Below are positions 1 through 9,524 of a stretch of 64,000 nucleotides of DNA, piece by piece. The stretch's first letter is position 1. Each line of letters opens with the position of its first letter. Origin of the DNA: an uncultured SAR86 cluster bacterium (lineage in GTDB: Bacteria; Pseudomonadota; Gammaproteobacteria; Magnimaribacterales; D2472). The DNA lies in the NCBI GenBank assembly GCA_902613705.1, contig CACMIG010000002.1:47207-111206 (forward strand), in the 5' to 3' direction. The position numbers and the translations under genes were made by a program. Under the pieces are notes generated by a model. The model worked only from the letters and a program-made list of their open reading frames with translations, made no database searches and was not told the DNA's origin.

Positions 1-714
1 TGACATCGATATCGCTTTATGAAACAATCCTTTTGCTTTACTAGAAACAAGTAAAGATAAAACATTATGCCCACCGGCAGACTCACCAAAGATTGTAATA
101 TTATTCGAATCGCCGCCAAAAGAATTAATATTTTCATTTACCCATTCAAGGGCGGCGATAATATCTAATGTTCCAAAATTGGATGTTCTATCAATACCGT
201 TTTGCAAATTTTGAATTGAAGGGTGTGTAAACCATCCCAATGGTCCTAGTCTATAATTTATAGTGACTACTATTACATTATGCTTTCTTACAAAATTCGA
301 AAAATCGTATAAGTCTTTCAAACCAGATGTATTCCCACCACCATGAATCCAAAACATTACTGGGAGTAATTTTTTAGAGTTTTTTGTTGGAGCATATATA
401 TCAAGATATAGACAATCCTCAGTCCCTGAAATTAGATCATCAGAAAATTGAGAAGAGCCTCCAAGGATTGATGTTCTTTGGATACAAAAATTATTGTCTT
501 TTGGTTGAATCAAGTTTGAATTTTGATTTATCTTCCTTGGTGCTTTCCATCTCATATCACCAATCGGAGGTTCTGCATATGGAATATCATTCCAAATTAT
601 TACATTATTTTTTTTATGGCCCTCTGTTATGCCAGAAAGTGTAATAATTTTTAGATTCTCAGCATTGACTGATACAAGAAATAATAAAAGCAATAGCGAA
701 TAAAAACTCTTCAT
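1..714 (-). CDS. Carboxylesterase type B (alpha/beta hydrolase) with signal peptide; 3' end runs off the window
   Basis: Not in the ORF track. Manual translation from ATG at 714 gives MKSFYSLLLLLFLVSVNA...DIPYAEPPIGDMRWKAP...WIHGGG...NFGTLDIIAALEWVNENINSFGGDSNNITIFGESAGG, which includes the catalytic GESAG motif. Confidence 0.93.
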   Translation of the reverse strand, partial: MKSFYSLLLLLFLVSVNAENLKIITLSGITEGHKKNNVIIWNDIPYAEPPIGDMRWKAPRKINQNSNLIQPKDNNFCIQRTSILGGSSQFSDDLISGTEDCLYLDIYAPTKNSKKLLPVMFWIHGGGNTSGLKDLYDFSNFVRKHNVIVVTINYRLGPLGWFTHPSIQNLQNGIDRTSNFGTLDIIAALEWVNENINSFGGDSNNITIFGESAGGHNVLSLLVSSKAKGLFHKAISMS

Positions 715-770
715 TTTGATAGATTTTAAATATTTAAATAAATTATAAGGTTATATATTATATACAATCT

Positions 771-847
771 CGGGATGTAGCGCAGTCTGGTAGCGCACTA
801 CACTGGGGGTGTAGTGGTCGTCGGTTCAAATCCGGCCATCCCGACCA
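771..847 (+). tRNA. tRNA-Pro(GGG)
   Basis: CGGGATG acceptor stem pairs with CATCCCG; anticodon arm CTACA-CTGGGGG-TGTAG; GTTCAAATC T-loop; encoded CCA. Confidence 0.96.
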
Positions 848-940
848 TTCTTTGGTGCTAACAACTTTTATGTTTTTTAAAAAAACATAGTTAAAAAATG
901 TAATTTATAAAAAAACTTCCTAAAATTGCCTAAAAAAGTA

Positions 941-969
941 TTCATATGTAATAAAAACACGTATATAAT
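941..969 (+). promoter_or_regulatory. Putative sigma70 promoter of the Pro/Thr-rich gene
   Basis: TTCATA (941-946), 17-bp spacer, TATAAT (964-969). The AT-rich background lowers specificity. Confidence 0.5.
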
Positions 970-977
970 TGGCAATC

Positions 978-1006
978 TTAAAACAATTAAAGTATTATTG
1001 TTTTAA
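978..1006. promoter_or_regulatory. Perfect 10-bp inverted repeat (5'-UTR hairpin or operator)
   Basis: TTAAAACAAT-N9-ATTGTTTTAA, located between the -10 box and the AGGAG Shine-Dalgarno (1027-1031). Confidence 0.5.
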
Positions 1007-1038
1007 CAAAGCCTATTATAGAACAGAGGAGTTAAATT

Positions 1039-1482
1039 ATGGCTAAATTTATTAAATCAAAGTTTAAAGTTTTATGGGGAACTATATTTGCGTTTTTCTA
1101 TGGTTTCTTCGCTAATGATATTGTTGCGCAAGAATCAGACTCAGCTAATGAAGAAGTTGAAGAAAAGTCTGCTGATGGAAAACAATTAAGCCCTGGTGCA
1201 ATTGCTGCTGCTGTTGCTGCTGCTGCTGCTTTAGTAGCTGCGGATGATGGAGATGGTGGTTCAACTCCAGCTCCAGCGCCAACACCGGCTCCGACTCCAG
1301 CGCCAACTCCAGCGCCTACACCGGCTCCGACTCCAGCGCCTACACCGGCTCCGACTCCAGCGCCGACTACAACTACAAGTACTACTGAACCATCTTCAAC
1401 TACAACGACTACGTCACCTAGTACAACGACAACAACTACTAGTACTACGACAACTACAACGTCGTCTACAACAGGTACTTAA
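1039..1482 (+). CDS. YjbE/GfcA-like exported Pro/Thr-rich (mucin-like) protein
   Basis: Signal peptide, acidic linker, Ala-rich hydrophobic helix, DDGDGGS, then (PAPT)8 and a poly-Thr/Ser tail. This is the YjbE/GfcA layout, and the gene is adjacent to a YjbH/GfcD gene. Strong SD. Confidence 0.75.
   Translation: MAKFIKSKFKVLWGTIFAFFYGFFANDIVAQESDSANEEVEEKSADGKQLSPGAIAAAVAAAAALVAADDGDGGSTPAPAPTPAPTPAPTPAPTPAPTPAPTPAPTPAPTTTTSTTEPSSTTTTTSPSTTTTTTSTTTTTTSSTTGT
1273..1368 (+). repeat. Coding tandem repeat, 8 x 12 bp (PAPT), with a 24-bp higher-order unit
   Basis: CC(A/G)GC(G/T)CCNAC(A/T) occurs 8 times; ACACCGGCTCCGACTCCAGCGCC occurs three times. Confidence 0.95.
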
Positions 1483-1502
1483 TCGTTAATTAGATTTAGT
1501 TT

Positions 1503-1528
1503 AAAGCGGCTTCTAGCCGCTTTTTTTT
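1503..1528. terminator. Rho-independent terminator, probably bidirectional
   Basis: AAAGCGGC-TTCTA-GCCGCTTT followed by a T-run, between convergent genes. Confidence 0.9.
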
Positions 1529-3650
1529 AATTTAAATAATTCAACCAATTTTCTTCAATTTCAGCTCGACTAGAACCGTAGAAAGAATCAATCAATCTGT
1601 TATTTAATTCAAGTTTTTGACCTCCATCACGCGTCATTGTTCTAAACTTAAAACCATTAACTTCCTTGCTATAATCTTTAGAAAAGATATTTAATGGGAA
1701 ATTGAAATAAAAACCTTTATCAAAACTTCCTTCTCCAAATTCTTCAGCAGATACATTAGTTCTTGAAAAGAAAAAACCAGCTCTCCAGCCTGAGGGCATA
1801 CGTCTAGATAAATCTAATGTATATCCGCTATCTTTGGCGAGATATTTTCCATAACTCCATTTAGCAAGAATATTTGTTCTAGGCTCATAGTATGCAATGT
1901 TAAAATGCCTAGTGGAGGTTTTATAATCCAAGAACTCAAATTTTTGATCATAATTTCTTTTTTTAATTTTGTTAATCTCAATGCCAAACGCAAAATTCGA
2001 GTTAAATGGTTTGTATAAAACTTCAGATGCCAATCCTCCATACATTGGCTCTAACAAACCAAATGATAATTTTGAATAAATATTTTTAATTGGTGACCAA
2101 ATCCTTTCAACTTGCATATTTGCAACATAAAAATCATCTGAAGATTGTTGTAAATAATCAACGATTTCAGTTCTGACTAACTCCAATTGAGATGAAGGAC
2201 GCGAGATCTTCTCGTCAAAATTATCTTCTAGATTTCTTCCAACAGAAGAGTAAAAAACATACTCTCTATTAAACTGTATTTCTGTATCAAGCTTAATTCC
2301 TATTCCAGAATATAAGAATCTTTCAGGTGATCCAATATGGGTTCTTATATCTGGAGATATGTTGTTTATAAATATTGGGAAATTAACTCTAGGTTTAAAT
2401 TCATGATTCTCATATTTTTTAGGATCTATATCTTTAACAAGAGTATTTCTTTTTACAAGAATATTTGGATATCTTGTCTTTAAATTAAGATCAGATGATC
2501 GAAAAGTAATGCTATTTAATTGAGATCCTCTTGTAATGTGACCAACTGAAATTTTTTTAGGCTCTATTCCATTAAGTTTAGCAATCTCATTTGTAATGTA
2601 AGCAGATCTTGAGGCATAAATAATTGGATTAAAATGCTCCTCAGAATCTATAGTGATTTCAATTTCATCATCTGAAAAATTTGCAGTTTGAAGGAAAAGT
2701 TTATTTGCATTTAAGTTTTCAAGTACATCGAGATAAAATTCATTTTTCTTATCTAATTGATATTCTGTATTTTTAATATTAGGTTGAAATTTATTTTTTT
2801 TACGTAATGATTTCGATGAAGAAAACCCAAAAGAAAGACTAAGATTAAATGTATTACCATTTATATATGAAAAATCAATATTACCAAAATTTTTATAGCT
2901 ATAGCTTAAGCCAATATTATAATTAGACTCATCTCTTCTCTCTTCAAAAGAATCATTTGATAATCCCTCTCCACAACATCCAAATTTAAAATAGTCAAAT
3001 GGATCAGTTTCAATTTTAAAATTTAAATTATTTATATAAGGGACTTTAATTTCAAGACCAGCGAATAAAGCTGAGTCTCCTCTAAACCATAAGTCATAAC
3101 TAAGGTTTCCTCCAGAGCTATAATTATCTGACTGCGATAATCTTTTTTCAAATGATTCTTTGAAAACAGTCATGGGATTATTTATGGAATTTTTTCCTAC
3201 AAATTTACCCCAACCTATGCCAGAGGTAAATTTTAAATTATTAAAAGAATAAGTCGTTGCAATATATTCTTTAGTAAATTGTCCTGTGCCAGCAAAATCA
3301 TCAAGACCAACTGCGAATTTTGGCAAAAATATTGATTTTGGTTTATACGAAAATTTTACGTTAAATCCTTTATCTAGATATAGTCCTTTTGCACCACCCC
3401 ATAAAAGATCATCAGGTCTATAATAAAAATAACTTGCTTCAAGCCAGTCAAAAGGTGATACCGTAATTGTTCCAAGTTTTTTGTAACTATTTCTTGTAAA
3501 AGTAAAATATATTGATTGTTCTTCCTTGGATTCAGCGGAGGGAAGATTTATAAGTCCGGTTTGACCGAGAGAATTAAATGAAGAAGTATTTGCATAAAAC
3601 GATATAAATATAGTGCATATAGTTAAATATATATATCTATGCTTAATCAT
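1527..3650 (-). CDS. YjbH/GfcD-family outer-membrane polysaccharide export protein
   Basis: N-terminal GQTGLINLPSA, GLDDFAGTG, C-terminal FGEGSFDKGFYF and TRDGGQKL; about 700 aa, typical of YjbH. Confidence 0.88.
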   Translation of the reverse strand: MIKHRYIYLTICTIFISFYANTSSFNSLGQTGLINLPSAESKEEQSIYFTFTRNSYKKLGTITVSPFDWLEASYFYYRPDDLLWGGAKGLYLDKGFNVKFSYKPKSIFLPKFAVGLDDFAGTGQFTKEYIATTYSFNNLKFTSGIGWGKFVGKNSINNPMTVFKESFEKRLSQSDNYSSGGNLSYDLWFRGDSALFAGLEIKVPYINNLNFKIETDPFDYFKFGCCGEGLSNDSFEERRDESNYNIGLSYSYKNFGNIDFSYINGNTFNLSLSFGFSSSKSLRKKNKFQPNIKNTEYQLDKKNEFYLDVLENLNANKLFLQTANFSDDEIEITIDSEEHFNPIIYASRSAYITNEIAKLNGIEPKKISVGHITRGSQLNSITFRSSDLNLKTRYPNILVKRNTLVKDIDPKKYENHEFKPRVNFPIFINNISPDIRTHIGSPERFLYSGIGIKLDTEIQFNREYVFYSSVGRNLEDNFDEKISRPSSQLELVRTEIVDYLQQSSDDFYVANMQVERIWSPIKNIYSKLSFGLLEPMYGGLASEVLYKPFNSNFAFGIEINKIKKRNYDQKFEFLDYKTSTRHFNIAYYEPRTNILAKWSYGKYLAKDSGYTLDLSRRMPSGWRAGFFFSRTNVSAEEFGEGSFDKGFYFNFPLNIFSKDYSKEVNGFKFRTMTRDGGQKLELNNRLIDSFYGSSRAEIEENWLNYLN

Positions 3651-3687
3651 TTAAAGAAACAAATATCATGCAACTACTTCAAAAACT

Positions 3688-5490
3688 CTAATCGTTTATT
3701 GAATTAAGAGATGCTACCGATAATGCTAAACTACTAAATATAGGTGCTATTGTTGCGTAATAATTAAGACCTTCTATTTTACCTATATCTCTTGGGACAT
3801 ATATCACCGACCCTGGATAAATATCATAATCTTGAGATATGAATTTCTTGAATCCATTTGTATGAACTTTTTGGGTTTCACCATTTGGTGAAACTACAAA
3901 TATTGATTCTTGAGATGAAAACTTAGTAAATCCACCTGATTTATCTATATAATCAAGCACATTATTTTTGTTATCAAAAAATATAGCTCCAGGGTTTCCA
4001 ATTTCACCAAAAATATATACATTTGAGTCATAAGATGGGACATGAATTTGATCTTTATCACGAAGGAAAATATTTTTATCTAGATTTTCATCAAGATTAA
4101 CTAAATCAAACTCAGCTACAATCCTCCCAACTGGAACATGAGCTTTTATCTCAGACAAAATATAATTCAGACCCTCGCCTGAGCCTCCGCCTTGAAGTTG
4201 AGGATTTGTTGCAATAAAAGTTATTAAATTTTGATATGATTTTTCAATAAACATAGCCTCTAATTCTTTTGTGCTTTCTCTTAGAAGACTTGATGCAAAA
4301 GGATAAGCTGAATCATTATATCCACCTGCTCTAGCAATTATGTCTGATAGTCTGTCAGAGGAAGAAATAGAATATTTTCCTGGATAATTCACATTGCCAG
4401 AAATTGTTACAACACCTATATCTTCTTTAAGCGCGTATATAGAATCTAGGTTTTGAAGCTTATAATTTTGATATTGCTCCATATTTATATCCATTGACTC
4501 AAAGCTATTTTTACTAAAGCGGACAAGTCTAAGTTGCTCATCAAGAGCCTCAATTTTTAATCCACCCGCAAAATTAATTAGATCTTGGATTGTTTCTCCA
4601 TTTTTCATTTCAAAGACAGCGGTTTTATTAAATCCATACCCAGCTCTAACAAGATTCTTAACAGACTCTACATGAATTGAGTCTCCTGACATTAAAAACG
4701 GTATATTTTCAATATCGCCAAAAATTAGTGCTTGATATAAATCAACACTTTGGTTAGGTTTATTTTTTCTTTTAATTAAAATTTTGCGTAGACTGCCATC
4801 TTCATTTGGACCACCCGCGACATTTAATGCTTGGAGAATATTTGAATTACCACTAAGAGTATATATTCCAGGAAATTCAACATTTCCTGTAACAAGAACA
4901 TTTATATCTCTTATTTTGGATAGTGTAACAACCACATCAAGACCAATAAAAGAATCAGAGTACTTACTTTCTATTAGTTTAGTAGCTTGTTCGAAATTTT
5001 GGCCACCTATCATTAAGCTTCCTATATCTTCAAGAATGATGGTTCCATCTCTTTGAACTTCTGTGATGTATTTTTTTTGACCTATATTTTCAGTTGCTCC
5101 ATAAAACTGAAGTTGTAAAACATCGCCAAAATCAACAATATAATTATCACCAAAATTAGGTTCACTTAAAGGCATAAAAGATGATTGCATTGTGTTAAAC
5201 ATTCTTAAGCCATATCTTTCAGATTCACTTTCGAGACTTTGTATTTTTTTAAATTTTTCCCACTCTTTGATAGTATTTAATTTTGACAATTTTGTTGAAG
5301 GTCTTCTTTGTATAATCTCTTCCTCATTTGCATTATTGTCTATTTCACTCAAAACATCTTCACGTACTTCATCAGGCAAACTATTTAAAAAATCTTCGTC
5401 AATGTTGCCAATATTTTGGCTAGATTGTGCTGAAATATGAGCACTTGTTACAAATATAGTAACTAAAAAGTATCTTATAAAAATCTTCAT
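3688..5490 (-). CDS. Polysaccharide export protein with multiple SLBB domains (Wza/KpsD-like)
   Basis: Signal peptide, Poly_export-like YIVDFGDVL...VQRDGTI, repeated V-x-G-x-V-x-x-PG-x-Y and AGG beta-grasp motifs, amphipathic C-terminal helix. Confidence 0.88.
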   Translation of the reverse strand: MKIFIRYFLVTIFVTSAHISAQSSQNIGNIDEDFLNSLPDEVREDVLSEIDNNANEEEIIQRRPSTKLSKLNTIKEWEKFKKIQSLESESERYGLRMFNTMQSSFMPLSEPNFGDNYIVDFGDVLQLQFYGATENIGQKKYITEVQRDGTIILEDIGSLMIGGQNFEQATKLIESKYSDSFIGLDVVVTLSKIRDINVLVTGNVEFPGIYTLSGNSNILQALNVAGGPNEDGSLRKILIKRKNKPNQSVDLYQALIFGDIENIPFLMSGDSIHVESVKNLVRAGYGFNKTAVFEMKNGETIQDLINFAGGLKIEALDEQLRLVRFSKNSFESMDINMEQYQNYKLQNLDSIYALKEDIGVVTISGNVNYPGKYSISSSDRLSDIIARAGGYNDSAYPFASSLLRESTKELEAMFIEKSYQNLITFIATNPQLQGGGSGEGLNYILSEIKAHVPVGRIVAEFDLVNLDENLDKNIFLRDKDQIHVPSYDSNVYIFGEIGNPGAIFFDNKNNVLDYIDKSGGFTKFSSQESIFVVSPNGETQKVHTNGFKKFISQDYDIYPGSVIYVPRDIGKIEGLNYYATIAPIFSSLALSVASLNSIND

Positions 5491-5525
5491 TTTAATTTTT
5501 CTATTTTTCTTATGGTCCGATTATA

Positions 5526-5801
5526 TCAGTTTAATTGGTTTTTTAATGAACTGGATGCTCTAAAAACAACCTTTTTAAAAGGCTTTATTTTATAAATCAG
5601 TCCTGTCTTTGGATTTCTTCCTATCCTTTCCGTAGTTCTTTTAAAAAAAAAGGTACCAAAGTTATGAATTTTCACATCTTTATTATCTAAATTATTTTTT
5701 ATTATATTTATAAAGCTGTTAACTAAAATTTCAGAATCTTTTTGAGCCAGATTAATATTTCTTGATAATATTTTAGATATATTTTTTTTAGTAAGATTCA
5801 T
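5526..5801 (-). CDS. ihfA: Integration host factor alpha / HU-family DNA-binding protein
   Basis: VKIHNFGTF and RIGRNPKTG motifs; canonical position after pheT. Confidence 0.85.
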   Translation of the reverse strand: MNLTKKNISKILSRNINLAQKDSEILVNSFINIIKNNLDNKDVKIHNFGTFFFKRTTERIGRNPKTGLIYKIKPFKKVVFRASSSLKNQLN

Positions 5802-7708
5802 TGTTTTAAACCAGGAATATTTACACCAGATATACTGATTGACTGATTAATAATTTTATCCATAATAATATTCACATCGATTTCGGTAAGTGTTTTTTCT
5901 GTTGACTGAAAAGTAAACCTAAAACCAATTTTTATATCTCCATTAGATGGATTGTCAAAGAAATCAAAAATGAAAATATCTTTTAAGTTTTTATCAGAAA
6001 ATTTTAAAAATAAATTCTGCAAATCCTCTACATTCTTATATTTATCAAGAGAAAATGATAAATCCCTTACGATCTTTGGAAATTCCGATATTGGGCTATA
6101 CTTTACAAAAACTTTATCTTCAATTGATAGATCATCATTCATATTTAAATCTGTGATAAGTTCATTAAGATTAATCTCAAAATAAACAATTTGATTCTTT
6201 ATTTTTGTATCTAGATTTTGCCTAGATATTTGTTCAATTTCAATCTCATCTAAGGAGAACAATTTACTAAAAAGAGTTTTAAAGTAAGTTGTATCAATTT
6301 TTTTAGAAAAATCGATGTAGTTTTTACCTACTCTTCCACTTCCAATCACTCCAAGCATTTTTTTTGAATCAATATTGTGTTCATTTTGGGAATAAACTTC
6401 TGAAAATTCAAACAGCTTTATAGATTCATTTTGACGTCTCTCATTATATAAAAGATTATTTATTAAAGATTTTTTTAAATTTGTTCTTAAGTATTTTTTA
6501 TTCGTATCAAGGGGGTTATCAAGAATGATTGATTCTGAAGATTTATCACTTACAAATGGATTATTAATTACTTCAAAGAATCCCTCTTCGACTAAAAAAC
6601 TTCTTATCTTACTTTCATGATTGATATTATTAAATTTCTTCTTTTTAATCTTGATCTTTTTTCGATTAATATTGTCATAGCCTATTACTCGCGCAATTTC
6701 TTCTGCAATATCATTAATTGAACTAATATCGCTTCGATGTGAAGGAGCAGTTATAAAATCATCATCAATTTTAAATCCTAATTTTATGAGATAATTAATA
6801 CAATCATTTTTACTAATATCTTGACCAATTATTTTGTTTATTATTTCTTTATTAAATTCAATTTTAATACTTTTGTAAGTTTGAATATCCTGTATGTCCC
6901 ATTCAATATTAATTATATTTGAATGTTCTGAAAGTATTTGAATAAATCTTCTTAACGCCAATTCATGGCCTAATGGATCAACTCCTCTTTCAAACTTATA
7001 TGCCGCATCAGAATTAAGATCATACTTTACAGACTTACCAATGATACTTTCAGGATTAAAATATGCGCATTCTACAATAACAGATCGAGTTTTTTCAGAG
7101 CACGCAGTAGATTTACCTCCCATGATTCCAGCTAAATTAATTATTTCTCCATTTTTTTTGAAAACTAAATTTTTACCACTAAGTTGAATATTTTTATCCA
7201 TCAAAGTCTCAAATTTTTCTTCACCATCGATATATTCTAAAGTTAAGGTGTTTCCAATCTTTTGAGCATCATAACAGTGAGTTGGTTGACCAGTCTCATA
7301 TGAGATATAGTTTGATATGTCAGTAAATAGATTGTTTTTATTAATTTTTAGATCTTTAAAATAATTATCCAAATCTCCAGAGTAAGGTAATATTTTTGAA
7401 TCTATGTCAACTTTTAAAAAACTAATAAATGGACAATCATTTTTTGCATTATTTTCGAAATTAATAGTTAAATCTTTTATATCACCATCATATTTATCTT
7501 TATTAAGATCTATGTCATAGAAAACTGATAAATCTCTTAAGACTCCGTTTAAAGATAGGCAGTCTCCTCTATTAGGAGTTATTTCTATATCGTATATCTG
7601 ATTTTCTATTTCGTGCTCATGACCTAGTTGAAATAACTTATCAGATATTTCTTCTTTGCTTGGTTTGGAAAAAATATGTTTTACTAAATGTTTATATGAT
7701 ATTTTCAT
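5798..7708 (-). CDS. pheT: Phenylalanine-tRNA ligase beta subunit, shortened (no B2 OB-fold)
   Basis: ITPNRGDCLS, GQPTHCYD, FERGVDP, EEIARVIGYD and a C-terminal FDX-ACB domain (RDLSF...FQSTEKTL). Confidence 0.95.
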   Translation of the reverse strand: MKISYKHLVKHIFSKPSKEEISDKLFQLGHEHEIENQIYDIEITPNRGDCLSLNGVLRDLSVFYDIDLNKDKYDGDIKDLTINFENNAKNDCPFISFLKVDIDSKILPYSGDLDNYFKDLKINKNNLFTDISNYISYETGQPTHCYDAQKIGNTLTLEYIDGEEKFETLMDKNIQLSGKNLVFKKNGEIINLAGIMGGKSTACSEKTRSVIVECAYFNPESIIGKSVKYDLNSDAAYKFERGVDPLGHELALRRFIQILSEHSNIINIEWDIQDIQTYKSIKIEFNKEIINKIIGQDISKNDCINYLIKLGFKIDDDFITAPSHRSDISSINDIAEEIARVIGYDNINRKKIKIKKKKFNNINHESKIRSFLVEEGFFEVINNPFVSDKSSESIILDNPLDTNKKYLRTNLKKSLINNLLYNERRQNESIKLFEFSEVYSQNEHNIDSKKMLGVIGSGRVGKNYIDFSKKIDTTYFKTLFSKLFSLDEIEIEQISRQNLDTKIKNQIVYFEINLNELITDLNMNDDLSIEDKVFVKYSPISEFPKIVRDLSFSLDKYKNVEDLQNLFLKFSDKNLKDIFIFDFFDNPSNGDIKIGFRFTFQSTEKTLTEIDVNIIMDKIINQSISISGVNIPGLKQ

Positions 7709-8430
7709 TTAAATTGTGATAGGAAATCTAAATTAGACTTATAAAAATCTCTAATGTCATTTACACCAAATTTAAGCATTGCAATTCTCTCAACGCCTAT
7801 TCCAAAAGCAAGTCCACTATATTGATTACAATCTACTTTACAATTTTTAAGCACAACAGGATTTACTATTCCGCACCCAAGAATTTCAAGCCATTTATTA
7901 TCTTCAGAAAGTATGTCTACTTCAGCTGATGGTTCAGTAAATGGAAAGTATGATGGCCTAAATCTTAATTTAACTCTTTTGCCAAAAAGATCATAAATAA
8001 CTTCATAAATTAAATCTTTTAGATTTGCGAAGCTCACGTTCTCATTGACATATATGCCTTCAATTTGATGAAACATTGGCAAATGAGTTGAATCATCATC
8101 TTTGCGATATACTTTTCCACCTGAAATAAATGCAAATGGTGGTTTTTTATCTAACATGCCTCTTATTTGAACTGGGGAAGTATGAGTTCTTAACAAATAA
8201 GATTTTTTGTTAACATAAAAAGTATCATGCATTTGTCTAGCAGGATGTGTTTCCTTTATGTTTAACATGTCAAAATTAAATTTTTCAGTCTCTATTTCAG
8301 GTCCCTCAATAACCTCAAATCCAAATTTTTTAAGAATATTCATAATATATTCTTTTGTAAAATTTATTGGGTGTTGAGCACCAATACTTTTTTCAATTTT
8401 TGGAGTATTTTTATCGTTAGATGGCGGCAT
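7705..8430 (-). CDS. pheS: Phenylalanine-tRNA ligase alpha subunit, lacking the N-terminal coiled coil
   Basis: HPARQMHDTF, LLRTHTSPVQ, FRPSYFPFTEPSAE, GLAFGIGVERIAM. Confidence 0.96.
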   Translation of the reverse strand: MPPSNDKNTPKIEKSIGAQHPINFTKEYIMNILKKFGFEVIEGPEIETEKFNFDMLNIKETHPARQMHDTFYVNKKSYLLRTHTSPVQIRGMLDKKPPFAFISGGKVYRKDDDSTHLPMFHQIEGIYVNENVSFANLKDLIYEVIYDLFGKRVKLRFRPSYFPFTEPSAEVDILSEDNKWLEILGCGIVNPVVLKNCKVDCNQYSGLAFGIGVERIAMLKFGVNDIRDFYKSNLDFLSQFK

Positions 8431-8442
8431 TTTATTGCCTAA

Positions 8443-8790
8443 CTACTTTGTAGCTGTTTCTGCAACCTTTTTAAAAGTTGAGTTATCTGAAATGGCTATT
8501 TCAGAAAGAATTTTTCTATCTAATATAATATCTTTTGATTTCAGAGAATTAATTAGCCTAGAATATGGTATGCCTAATTCTTTTGAAGCGGCATTAATTC
8601 TAGCTATCCATAAAGACCTAAAATTTCTTTTTTTGTTTTTTCTATCTCTAAAAGCATATTGAAGCGCCTTAATATTTGATTGTTTAGCTGTTTTATAAAG
8701 TCTGCTTCTTGCCCCATAGTGACCTTTAGTAGAATTTAATATTTTTTTATGTCTTTTTTTAGCTATATTTGATTTAGTTACTCTTGCCAT
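8443..8790 (-). CDS. rplT: 50S ribosomal protein L20
   Basis: MARV..., YAFRDRKNKKRNFRSLWIARINAA, LDRKILSEIA. Confidence 0.97.
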   Translation of the reverse strand: MARVTKSNIAKKRHKKILNSTKGHYGARSRLYKTAKQSNIKALQYAFRDRKNKKRNFRSLWIARINAASKELGIPYSRLINSLKSKDIILDRKILSEIAISDNSTFKKVAETATK

Positions 8791-8792
8791 AA

Positions 8793-8984
8793 TTATTTTA
8801 TAAGTTTAGATGCCATTTTTAATACAACACCATTAAGTTTATTAAGGCCTCTATTATGTCTTTTACGTTTAGTAGACTGTTTAGTAAGAATATGATTCCT
8901 ATTAGCGCCTCTGCTCTTTACAGAAGTACCAGTTTTTTTGAAGCGTTTAGAAGCTCCTGAATGTGTTTTAAGTTTATATCCCAT
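8793..8984 (-). CDS. rpmI: 50S ribosomal protein L35
   Basis: [16 protein letters not shown] and HILTK; lies between infC and rplT. Confidence 0.97.
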   Translation of the reverse strand: MGYKLKTHSGASKRFKKTGTSVKSRGANRNHILTKQSTKRKRHNRGLNKLNGVVLKMASKLIK

Positions 8985-8990
8985 TTTAAT

Positions 8991-9524
8991 TTAATTCTTT
9001 TTCTTTAGAGGAGAAAGAACCATTAATAATTGTCTACCTTCTAATGATGGTTCCTGATCTACCTGAGCTATATCTGTTAACTCATCCCTAAGTTTTTTTA
9101 ACAAATTTAAGCCCATGTCACTATTTAAAATTTCCCTACCTCTAAATCGGACGCTTATTTTAGTCTTATCTCCTCCAAGAATAAAGCTTTTAATCTTTTT
9201 TAATTTTATATTATAGTCCCCTACATCTGTGGATGGTCTAAATTTTATTTCTTTTGTAGTATTTCTTTTAACTTTAACTCTTGATGAAGAACTATTTTTT
9301 TTCTTATCAAATAAATGTTTACCATAATCAAGAAGCTTACAAACAACTGGATTTACATCTGCTTTTGAAACTTGAACTAAGTCTAAAGAAGATTCCTGAG
9401 CTGATTGAATTGCCTTATTAAAAGGCACTAATCCAATATTTTCACCTTTTGCGTTAATAAGTATTACCTCATCAGCGGTGATCATTTCATTTATAGGAGT
9501 TTTTTGTTTTTTTGAAATAGCTAT
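8991..9524 (-). CDS. infC: Translation initiation factor IF-3, probable non-canonical ATA start at 9524 (alternative ATT at 9518)
   Basis: LDLVQV, PVVCKLLDYGK, KEIKFRP, RFRGRE. The frame stays open upstream of the ATG at 9485 through the conserved INE-x-I motif, and AAGGT lies 7 nt before the ATA. Confidence 0.93.
   Translation of the reverse strand: MAISKKQKTPINEMITADEVILINAKGENIGLVPFNKAIQSAQESSLDLVQVSKADVNPVVCKLLDYGKHLFDKKKNSSSSRVKVKRNTTKEIKFRPSTDVGDYNIKLKKIKSFILGGDKTKISVRFRGREILNSDMGLNLLKKLRDELTDIAQVDQEPSLEGRQLLMVLSPLKKKN

Noticed and set aside
384-644. 86-aa plus-strand ORF
   Set aside because: Antisense shadow of the minus-strand carboxylesterase, which has clear catalytic motifs.
1273-1368. 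Short tandem repeats as a possible CRISPR array
   Set aside because: No unique spacers, the unit is a multiple of 3 inside an ORF, and there are no cas genes.
1244-1489. 81-aa Gln/Leu/Arg-rich ORF
   Set aside because: Alternate frame of the PAPT/Thr repeat; low-complexity repeats often lack stops, and there is no SD.
7705-8430. pheS as a pseudogene
   Set aside because: All class II catalytic motifs are intact, it is coupled to pheT by an ATGA overlap, and there is no upstream remnant; treated as a functional truncation.
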